A stretch of 59,900 bases of DNA, from the NCBI GenBank assembly GCA_000993535.1, contig LBWG01000008.1:1-59900 (forward strand), written 5' to 3'. The position numbers were made by a program, and so were the translations under genes. This document shows, in pieces, positions 18,480 through 27,263 of this stretch. The stretch comes from Candidatus Uhrbacteria bacterium GW2011_GWF2_39_13 (GTDB lineage Bacteria > Patescibacteriota > Patescibacteriia > UBA9934 > GWF2-40-263). The notes under the pieces were generated by a model. The model saw only the letters and a list, made by a program, of their open reading frames with translations, was not told the DNA's origin and searched no databases. Numbering within the stretch: the stretch's first letter is position 1; each line of letters starts with the position of its first letter.

Positions 18480-19954
18480 CTATTTCAGGAATGCTTTGTC
18501 GATACCTATTCTATCGGATATGAGCGATAATTCTTCCGATACGGAACCGTGAACTGAACAACTATCACATGATGGGCAGTACCTGTTTCCAGAACGTTTC
18601 TGATATAGCTTTCGACCGGAGTTTCCACTTTTATCATGGCGTGTATTTCATCGCAGGGGAGGCAGGGGAACTCTATAGCCTCTCCTTCTGAGATGAACAT
18701 TCGCCATCCGTTGGCTGTATGCAGGAAATGCCCCATTGTAACCGGGCCGGGTTTCATTATCAGTTCATAATTTATTCCGTTGCCCTTGAAGCCCCATTCC
18801 TCCGGGGACCTTGTGAGAGTTACCGATTTATCTGAAGATGCCATCTCAGGCGTGGCGATGCCATGCCCGAGCAGAAATATTGCATTGTTCTTTTTGTCGA
18901 ACTGTCCCCATTCCGCCTGAAGCGGAATATTTCCGGTCAGGTCTTTCATCATTTCCATCATTATTAAACCGCCGATGTCACCTTCGCAGGCAACGGTGAT
19001 ATTTTCTTTTTCCATGAGTATTGAAGCGCCGAGCCTGGCGGGGGCCCCGGTTACTTTTTCGATATAATGTTGTCCGAGGAAACAAAGCGCGTCAAGATTG
19101 AATTTCCTGACAATCTCTTTCATTGCCAGTCCAAGCCTGACAGATCTCACCGCGTCATCAATTGTAACATGCTTCGATTTAAAGCGCGCAAAAAGTTTTG
19201 CGGCTTCGGCTTTTGCCGTTTTTTCTGAAACACTTTTCCATATATCGATAAGATGTTCCATCTGTATGCTTATTATTTCGGGGCCGAGGAAACCTCTTAT
19301 TTTAGATCTATCGTATTCCAAGTCGTACATACCTCTGAAAACATGTCCGATTATGCCGATATTGTATGATGTCAGTTTTTTTGCAATCCGGACAGACTGT
19401 ATGTGCTTTTTCAGTATTGAATAAGCATTTTCATCACTTATTTCTCCGACAACCACATCATATTTTCTATCAGTCTTCCTGAATGTTCCGCTTAATTGCG
19501 AAAGCCCGATAAGCGCGCTGTTGCGCATCGTTGCCGGATAATCGTCAAAAGGCGATACGTCAGCGCCTGTCTGAGTGTTGAAAAATATTACAGGCACATG
19601 CCTGATTTTATCCAGAACGTGAAGCACTATGAAATCCGGCAGATATGTTCCTTCCGCGATGACTATCAGGTCAATCTTTTCCTGGACGAATTTGTTCCCT
19701 GCGAGTTCAGCCGCATCCAGCGTATCAACCATGCAGGGATAAACAAGATCACAGAAAGAGGAAAGTCTTTTCTGGATTTTTCTCAGGTCTCCTGCCACTT
19801 TTTTCTCCAATGCCGGATACATTCTCCAGTACTCGAAGTAACCACATCCGAGCAATCCGACTTTTATATTGTTGTTTTTATGATTGGAACTGATGATGTC
19901 TCCAAAAGATTGGGCATTGGAAGCTTCAAAAGATGTTATTTTAGGCTTAGACAT
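18480..19954 (-). CDS. L-fucose/L-arabinose isomerase family protein, frameshifted near the C-terminus
   Basis: ACEGDIGG, LGHG, MKPGPVT and GTAHH motifs. The ORF stops at 18506, but removing a 5-bp tandem duplication (18550-18559) restores HHVIVVHGSVSEEL...FLK* ending at 18480. Confidence 0.8.
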
Positions 19955-19956
19955 AT

Positions 19957-20847
19957 TTACTCCTGCGATTTCGAGAAGAATTTATTGCATGCTTCTGACA
20001 TTGTTACTGCTTCAAATTTTTTATTCATTGAAGCAGCTTTCTCTTGACCGTAAGCGATGAGTCTTCTGTAAAATTCAAAACCAAGCAGTGGCTCATTTCC
20101 TTCCTGTATAGGAGAGACATGGCACACCGGAACAAAAGGTATGTCATTTTCAATACAGGCGTCAAGGTCGTGTCTTGCCAGGTCAAATGTTATCTCTAAC
20201 TTATCTTTTTCCAGATACCATGTGTATTCCGCTGTAAGGGGCAGCGTTTTCATATCGCCTTTAACTTGGGCGGCATCAAAATCTTTCTTTGTAATGGGCT
20301 TGATTTTAATTTCTTTTTTGTTATTCAAAATATCCCATGCTCCGGGCTGAAAACATTTGGAACTGTCGTAAGCATATTTTTCAAGGACTAACGCAGTGAA
20401 AAGATTACCGCATACGGAAAGGCACGGGCCCCTGAAACCTTTGATTTTACAATTCAAATTCTGTTCAAGAATTTCACGCCCATTTCGCAATCTTGAAGTA
20501 ATCACAGAGACTGATAATTGCTTTTCTATTTCCGGGCGATGCGTCCTGACAAATTCCTTGTTTTCTTTTTCATGGGGCAAATCCAATATCATTTCAGGAG
20601 GTATGCCGAATTCGAACCTGGTGTGCTCCAATCCATGCTGCCCGATTTCATGTCCCTGCGATATCATGTTTTTCAATATCGAAGAATAAGTTTTGCTTTT
20701 CTTTTCAAAGGACAAAGGAACTGTGAACAATGTCATTTTGATTTTCTCTTCTTCGCAGAAAGCCAAAAGTCGCTCGAGATGCGCTTCCGTGGAATATCCA
20801 TCAAGGCATCCGTCATCGGTGCTGAAACAGAATAAAAAACTTTTCAT
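19957..20847 (-). CDS. Polysaccharide deacetylase (CE4/NodB-like)
   Basis: STDDG, GHEIGQHGLEH, GFRGP and YDSS. Confidence 0.85.
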   Translation of the reverse strand: MKSFLFCFSTDDGCLDGYSTEAHLERLLAFCEEEKIKMTLFTVPLSFEKKSKTYSSILKNMISQGHEIGQHGLEHTRFEFGIPPEMILDLPHEKENKEFVRTHRPEIEKQLSVSVITSRLRNGREILEQNLNCKIKGFRGPCLSVCGNLFTALVLEKYAYDSSKCFQPGAWDILNNKKEIKIKPITKKDFDAAQVKGDMKTLPLTAEYTWYLEKDKLEITFDLARHDLDACIENDIPFVPVCHVSPIQEGNEPLLGFEFYRRLIAYGQEKAASMNKKFEAVTMSEACNKFFSKSQE

Positions 20848-21539
20848 TGCAATAGCCTTTCTATATTATTTATCGCTTCAGGAACAAATGAGGATTTTTT
20901 CAAAACCTCTGCATATTTCACGCCGATTTTGCTTCCGTGGAAACGAGCCCTTGCCGTTAATTGATCAACCATTTTATCAAGATGCTTTTCCGCGGTCTTG
21001 AATTTCTTCCATGCCTCTATCTTGGCGTCAAAAGTATCGGAGATATCTACAATATGGGTTGGTTCAGGCAAATCATGAATAACTTCGAAATGGTAAAAGG
21101 ATTTTGCCGTCCACGGTTCGCCAAGATCGGCGCTGCAATGCCAGGCCGCCTGCCACCAGGCGTCGGATGTCATTCTTGCCATTGCCATGTGCTGGAAATA
21201 TTCTGCCCAGTAATGCCCCAGTATTATATCCGGTTTTACTCTTCTTATTTCTTCAATGCAGATTCTATAATTTTCCCTATTTTCCTGTACCGCAAAATCC
21301 GGCAGGTCATGACATTTGAAATCGGAAACGCCGATTACGGAATGCGCTTCCACTGCTTCCGACTTGAATGCTTTCACTATGTCCTCGGCCTTTTGCGATT
21401 TGCATTCTGTTGCTTCGTCTCCGTTTCCAAAACAAACCACACTGACCGATATGTTGTTATCAGTGAACTTTTTTATAATTCCACCCGCCGCGATAATGGA
21501 ATCGTCAAGGTGTCCGGCAAGAATCAGTACTTTTTCCAT
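20844..21539 (-). CDS. PIG-L/LmbE family N-deacetylase
   Basis: AGHLDDS (HxDD), RRVKPDIILGH, VDISDTFDAK and VKYAE. Confidence 0.85.
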   Translation of the reverse strand: MEKVLILAGHLDDSIIAAGGIIKKFTDNNISVSVVCFGNGDEATECKSQKAEDIVKAFKSEAVEAHSVIGVSDFKCHDLPDFAVQENRENYRICIEEIRRVKPDIILGHYWAEYFQHMAMARMTSDAWWQAAWHCSADLGEPWTAKSFYHFEVIHDLPEPTHIVDISDTFDAKIEAWKKFKTAEKHLDKMVDQLTARARFHGSKIGVKYAEVLKKSSFVPEAINNIERLLQ

Positions 21540-21591
21540 TTTAATAACCTCTCAATGTTTTCATGCTCTAATAGTACTATATTTGAGATTA

Positions 21592-22524
21592 TTAAACTAC
21601 ACCTTTCCTGCTGATTTGTTTTCCTTTTCTGCTCTTTCTGAAAGAAACGGGAGACTGCTTCTCAAGCTTTTTGAAAATTCGGTTAAAATGTGTCAGATTG
21701 CTGAAACCAGTTTCGGTAGAGATTTCCGTTATGCTCATATTGGTATTGAGTAAAAAATCTTTTGCTTTTTCTATTCTGAACTTATTCAGATACTGAACAA
21801 AACTTATTCCAAGTTCTTTCTTAAAGAGATGACTGAAGCGGCTGGCGCTGAGAAATATACGGGAGGCCGCGTCTTCTATGCTTATTTTATTCTTGTACTT
21901 TTTTTCAATGTAGCCCCGTATAACAGAAATTTTGTCTTTTTCATGTATTTTTTCAAAGAAGAGAAGTTTGCTTTGGCTGTCCACGATGTAATTACTGACA
22001 AGGGAAATCAAATCTACTATTGCCTGGAGTTTCTCTTGATCTAAATATGGTGTTTTGAAGAAATGTTTTTTTAAATCAGAATCACTAGTATTCAAATTCA
22101 AATCAGATATCATCTCTTTGAATTTTCTGAAGCTTTTTTCTGAGGGTTTTTCCCGTAAGATCTGACCGGCTGTAACACAGCCAATAAATTTTTTGTTGAT
22201 GAATATAGGTACTCCTATATCAGTTAGTCCGGCATGGCATGTATATATTACGCTCTTCTGTTTGATTCTTGCTTCATTTAATGCCGAGGCATCATATATT
22301 TCACATTTTTTTCTGCCCTCGGGGCATGCTCTTATAAGTTTACAAAGCGGATTCAGGTGATGCTCCGGACATAGTTTGAAGCATTCTCCGTCAGACGATG
22401 CGAAGTCCATAGGAATACCTGTAAGTCTATAAACGATATTATGGTATTCTGCCAGAATTTTTTCTTTGCTTACATCGATGATCTTCTCGTAGATTTTCTT
22501 CTCAGTCATAATGTTTTTCTCCAT
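21592..22524 (-). CDS. PocR-domain AraC family transcriptional regulator
   Basis: PLCKLIR, YTCHAGL and GQ (PocR); C-terminal AraC HTH GFSNLTHFNRIFKK. Confidence 0.92.
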   Translation of the reverse strand: MEKNIMTEKKIYEKIIDVSKEKILAEYHNIVYRLTGIPMDFASSDGECFKLCPEHHLNPLCKLIRACPEGRKKCEIYDASALNEARIKQKSVIYTCHAGLTDIGVPIFINKKFIGCVTAGQILREKPSEKSFRKFKEMISDLNLNTSDSDLKKHFFKTPYLDQEKLQAIVDLISLVSNYIVDSQSKLLFFEKIHEKDKISVIRGYIEKKYKNKISIEDAASRIFLSASRFSHLFKKELGISFVQYLNKFRIEKAKDFLLNTNMSITEISTETGFSNLTHFNRIFKKLEKQSPVSFRKSRKGKQISRKGVV

Positions 22525-22640
22525 AAATAGCAGGAAACGTAAAATATTCAGCCGAAAAGGTGTGGATTTATTTTCATGTTTATTATAACATCTACAATAG
22601 AATAAAAAAGTATTGTCAGGATAAATAAGTAAATATTTTA

Positions 22641-23360
22641 ATGGGATATGAGAAAAGTATGAAACAGCGGTTGAGTGAATTGAAAATTTTCAAGAAAATC
22701 GCAAAGAAAGAAGCAATAAAAGTAGTGGCGCTTGGGTCCTCCAGTACTCAGCGTTTCATGTGTGGAATGCATTGGTTTGATTATGTCGAATTGGGATTTA
22801 AAAATACTGATTATAGAGTAGGCCAATTTATAAACTCCGGTGTATCAAATGACAGTACCGTTCAATGGCTTGAACGCTTCGACAATGAATGTGCAGTTTA
22901 CAAACCGGATTTAGTTTTATTTACTGTAGGCGCCAATGATTGCAGGCTGGAGCATTCCCTTGAAAAATTCAAAAAAAATCTGATGGAATTATACGACAGG
23001 ATAAAAGGAACAGGAGCGGATCTTGTATTTCAGACTTTTTATCCTCTGGACATGGAACGAGCAAAAGGAGCATGGCTAAAGATAGAAGAATATATTCCAG
23101 TTGTCAGGCAAGTGGCGGAAGAAACCGGAAGCCTTCTGATTGACACTGAAAAACGCTGGAAAAAATTAAGGGATTACAATATTGAATTATACAGGGCTTT
23201 ATTGAGGGACTTTGCGCATTTAAATGAAATGGGAAATATGGTGCTTGGACTTGATATAATGCGTTTCTTCAATACCGGGCTTTTGGTAAAAGACGGACAG
23301 ATTGATTATTGCCGGGATGGCTTGCTCCTGCAGCATAAAATAGATTCCTTAGACAGATAA
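22641..23360 (+). CDS. SGNH/GDSL hydrolase (acetylesterase-like)
   Basis: LGSSST, NSGVS, GANDC and DFAHLN blocks. Confidence 0.88.
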   Translation: MGYEKSMKQRLSELKIFKKIAKKEAIKVVALGSSSTQRFMCGMHWFDYVELGFKNTDYRVGQFINSGVSNDSTVQWLERFDNECAVYKPDLVLFTVGANDCRLEHSLEKFKKNLMELYDRIKGTGADLVFQTFYPLDMERAKGAWLKIEEYIPVVRQVAEETGSLLIDTEKRWKKLRDYNIELYRALLRDFAHLNEMGNMVLGLDIMRFFNTGLLVKDGQIDYCRDGLLLQHKIDSLDR

Positions 23361-23378
23361 AATATAAAAAGAGGATGT

Positions 23379-23762
23379 TTGATGAATAAGAAAATCTCCC
23401 AGGAAGGTTCTTTCGTATGGGTTGTCCCGGATGGCTATCTGCCGCCAGGCGGCGAGGGGGAAATGAAAAGCCATGAGGCGTTGATGATTCTTAACACGAA
23501 TAATAAAAAAGCAAATGTCAGGATGGACATATACTTTGAAGATAAAGACCCCGTCAGGGACATTCCTGTAACTGTAGGCGCCGAACGTATCCTCTGTATC
23601 AGGATAGACAACCCTGAACAGCTCGGCTATGACATGCCCGTACTGACACAGTATTCTCTCAGGATAAGGAGTGATGTCAAGGTAATCGTCCAATTCGGCA
23701 GGATGGATGTTCGCCAGTCCAATCTGGCCTACTATGGAACAATGGCGCATCCGGTAAAATAA
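23379..23762 (+). CDS. ASRT (Anabaena sensory rhodopsin transducer) family beta-sandwich protein
   Basis: WVVPDGYLP, SHEALMILN, IYFEDKDP and SDVKVIVQFGRMD match the ASRT family pattern. Confidence 0.85.
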   Translation: MMNKKISQEGSFVWVVPDGYLPPGGEGEMKSHEALMILNTNNKKANVRMDIYFEDKDPVRDIPVTVGAERILCIRIDNPEQLGYDMPVLTQYSLRIRSDVKVIVQFGRMDVRQSNLAYYGTMAHPVK

Positions 23763-23774
23763 GAGGATGTTATA

Positions 23775-24872
23775 ATGATAAATAAAATAAATTTAAACCA
23801 AACATTGGACAGGTTGCTGGCTTTTGCCGAACACCGCCTTGAAGATGGAATTTTGGTAAGCGTTAGATCATATTATGATGCTGAAAATAAAGAATCTGAA
23901 CAGGCCTATATCAAGGAATGTCCGCTTATAACGGAAAGAGAGAATTGTGTAAAACTTGCTAAAACCTATTTTGAAAAATTTGATTCCGCTTCTTTATGGG
24001 ACTTTATACCTGTTTCATATCCCGCCTGCTCATTTGGAGAATCAATATGGTCGGGTTTTTTTGGCGGGAAAATAACTTTTGCAGGAACTAAAAATGCAAC
24101 ATGGAGTTCCTGCGAAAAGCCAGTTATAGAAAACTTTGAAAATTTCAATTTTCCTGATTTCTCAATGGATAACTTCTGGATACGTAAATTTCTTGAGACG
24201 GCAAAATATTTTGTTGATAATATAGGTGCTCTTTGTGACTATACTCCCTTCATTTTTGACGACTGTTTAAATCTTTTAGTTGAACTAAGGGGAGCCGGAA
24301 ATGCATATATGGATATTTATGATTATCCTGATCTAATTGCTCGTTTCATGGATTGGAGCGTTGATTTGAATATAAAACTTTACGACCTCCAATCGAATCT
24401 TTTCAGAAGGACAGCAGATGATGCCATTGGAAAACATCCATATAAAAAGTATCTAAGGAGTCATATTCCAGATTTAAGCGTAGATGCTTATGGAGTGTGT
24501 GATACTGAAATATATAAGAAATGGGGGCTTGAACAGCATAAGAGAATTGTGGCGCATTATAGTGGCGGTCGAATGCATATTCATGCAAATGGCAGACACT
24601 TGTGTAAGACAATCGCGACAATCAAGGGCTTGTGCTATTGCTACTTAAGTGATGACATTGGATATCCTCCTCCCTGGGAAATACTTGAAGTATTGAAAGA
24701 AGAACTTCATCCTGTACCTATAGCAATAGATATACCTTGTGAGGTTTTTATCCAACGCTTGAATGAAAATACTTTGCCGGGTGGAGTCTTGTATAGGTTA
24801 GACGGAGTAAAGAGGACAGAAGAAAGCAAAATTATGAAAAAAGTTTTTGATTATTCTCCTAAGAACAGGTGA
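23775..24872 (+). CDS. Uroporphyrinogen decarboxylase/cobalamin-independent methyltransferase-like (URO-D fold) protein
   Basis: LLVELRG-x4-YMDIYDYPD, SVDAY and MHIHANG resemble URO-D/MtaA-like TIM barrels found in sugar loci. Confidence 0.55.
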   Translation: MINKINLNQTLDRLLAFAEHRLEDGILVSVRSYYDAENKESEQAYIKECPLITERENCVKLAKTYFEKFDSASLWDFIPVSYPACSFGESIWSGFFGGKITFAGTKNATWSSCEKPVIENFENFNFPDFSMDNFWIRKFLETAKYFVDNIGALCDYTPFIFDDCLNLLVELRGAGNAYMDIYDYPDLIARFMDWSVDLNIKLYDLQSNLFRRTADDAIGKHPYKKYLRSHIPDLSVDAYGVCDTEIYKKWGLEQHKRIVAHYSGGRMHIHANGRHLCKTIATIKGLCYCYLSDDIGYPPPWEILEVLKEELHPVPIAIDIPCEVFIQRLNENTLPGGVLYRLDGVKRTEESKIMKKVFDYSPKNR

Positions 24873-24915
24873 GAAATCTAAATATACATTGTGAAACTAA
24901 AAAAGGATTTACAAA

Positions 24916-26082
24916 ATGTCGAAAATAACAAAAGAAGAATTCAAATCACGTATTGCAAGAATTCAGGATGAGATGAAAGTGAACGGCCTTGATGGAATTA
25001 TGGTTTACGGTGATGAATACCGGAAGGAAAGCCTGAGATATGTATGCAATTTCTGGCCTATCTTTGAAAGAGGCGCATGTTTTATCCCATTGAAGGGCAA
25101 AGCTGTTTTCGCGGGAGCCCCCGAAGGTGAAAAGTATGCCCGTGAAATGTGCGTATGGGATGATGTCAGGAATATAAAGGAATTCGCATGTGTTTCCGTC
25201 CCCGAAGAAATCAATTACCCGATGGCTAATTTTTCGTCCCTTGCCGGAATATTGCAGGAAGTCTTGAACGGCGGTAAAAAGCTTGGTATAGTAGGTCTAT
25301 GGGATATATCGGCGCCGATTATGGACAGAATTGGAAATTCACTGGACGGCATTCAGATACTGGATGCTTCTCCCGTTCTGACAAAACAGAGAATCATCAA
25401 GAGTCCCGCAGAAATAGAATGCCTCAAAAAGGCCGGACATATGGCATGTATCGCATATGAAAAACTTATTGAACACGCAGTTCCAGGCAATACCGAACGC
25501 ATGGCTGCCGGAGCGGCTGAAGGCGCCGCAAGGATGGCTGGGGCCGAGGACATCAATTTCACTGTCTTTGGTAGCGGCAAACGCGCTGATACAATAATTG
25601 GCAGGGCAACAGAAAAAATCATCCAGGACGGCGATATGATAATGGCGGCAATAGCAGTGCAATACGAGGGATATGTTGCCACTGCCGAATATCCTTTTGT
25701 TGCCGGCAAAGCTTCCGATAAACAAAAACGCTTCCTGAATGTCCTTTTCGAAGCCGCTGAAGTCCAATTGAAATATCTTAGAAATGGTGTTATCTCCGGC
25801 GAAATGGTACGGGCTGTCAAAGAAGTATTCAAGAAACATGGTCTCGAAAAATATGACGTTTATCCACCCATGCACGGCATAGGTCTTGCCGAAGCCGAAA
25901 GCCCATATCCCGACGAGACTGCCGAATATCCGCTTGTTACTGGAATGTGCGTCAATTCCGATATAAGTTTATTCGGTCATCCCGATGGATCAAATCGCCT
26001 TGAGGAAGGGTTTGTTATAACAGAAGCCAACACCAAATCTTTAACGCCATTGATAAGAAAACTTGTAGAGAACGGGATATGA
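24916..26082 (+). CDS. M24 family (Xaa-Pro peptidase/creatinase-like) hydrolase
   Basis: Creatinase N-domain (EFKSRIARIQ...LRYV), RIIKSPAEIE, HGIGL and RLEE; some metal ligands substituted. Confidence 0.85.
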   Translation: MSKITKEEFKSRIARIQDEMKVNGLDGIMVYGDEYRKESLRYVCNFWPIFERGACFIPLKGKAVFAGAPEGEKYAREMCVWDDVRNIKEFACVSVPEEINYPMANFSSLAGILQEVLNGGKKLGIVGLWDISAPIMDRIGNSLDGIQILDASPVLTKQRIIKSPAEIECLKKAGHMACIAYEKLIEHAVPGNTERMAAGAAEGAARMAGAEDINFTVFGSGKRADTIIGRATEKIIQDGDMIMAAIAVQYEGYVATAEYPFVAGKASDKQKRFLNVLFEAAEVQLKYLRNGVISGEMVRAVKEVFKKHGLEKYDVYPPMHGIGLAEAESPYPDETAEYPLVTGMCVNSDISLFGHPDGSNRLEEGFVITEANTKSLTPLIRKLVENGI

Positions 26083-26232
26083 TAATGAAACGCAGTACCA
26101 AGGCGTGATATTTTCTAAAGTTTAGGAATCCTGAAGATGAAGAGTTAATTTTGAGTTATGGTAATGCAGTCTTGGAAAACTCTAATTACAACAAACAATA
26201 GTTTTCCTGGATAAAAGAAATGGATTTCAGTT

Positions 26233-27132
26233 ATGGAATTGAAAAAACAACCGCTGGCATCTTATGACCTGCATCTTCATACTTTCTGGAGTTATGATGG
26301 TTGCACATCCGTAGAGTATTATTTTCAAAGAGCTTTAGAGTTGAAACTGCGTGCGATAGCGATAACCGAACACTTTACAATGGATTCACTGCCGGACATT
26401 ATTACTGCTTCGAAAAAATACCCGGCAGTCAGATTTATACCATCAGTTGAAATGACTGTTACATGTTCAGTAGGTGCGGTGGACATACTGTGTTTTGGCA
26501 TGCCCCTTGAAATTCCAACAGAAATTGAAGAGATTTTTGAAAGATACCGTCAATGGCAAAGGGATTGTGGCGAGGCATTTTCCCGAGGCATGACGGAACT
26601 CGGATTCAATTATTCAAAAAATGAACGATTGAAACTCCTGAAGAAATACAGGCCTGCCAATGTTATAGAAAAACAGGGCGTAACACATGTGTACGGACAG
26701 AGCGCTTATTTCATAAATGCCGGGTACATAAAATCCGGGGATGACGCCAAACTTCTTAAAGAAAAAATCAGAATCCCAGAATATCCACAAGCAAGGGAAA
26801 TCTTACCAGCGTTCAAGCGTTGCGGAGCACTTATAGCTATTGCGCATCCGACACATTATTTTAATAGAAACGACATAGAGCGCATGGATGAGCTCAGAGA
26901 TGAGCTTTCATTTGAAGGAATTGAATGTGCCCATGACCTGATACCGATGGAATTGACCCATTTCTACAGAGATTATTGCTTAAAACACGGGCTTTTTTCA
27001 TCTGGAGGCTCCGACAGTCATTCTGACCCTGATAATCCCAAGATCCATATAGGGACACAGCATGAATTTGCAAGACATATCGGGGAACAAGAATAGCTGG
27101 ATGAAATATTCCAACGACTTAAAAATAAATGA
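26233..27132 (+). CDS. PHP-domain phosphoesterase; in-frame TAG at 27094-27096 shortly before the probable true end
   Basis: DLHLHTFWSYDG, AITEH, IAHP and GGSDSH; the frame continues LDEIFQRLKNK* to 27132. Confidence 0.8.
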
Positions 27133-27263
27133 AAAAAGAGAGCCACATGTCTAACAAACTCATTTTTGTAAAGATATTTTATAATAACTGGAAGCCATTG
27201 CTTTTGTTACCATAAGCTATTACGAGCAAGAAAAAATTCCATAATAATAAGGAGAAAAAGGAA

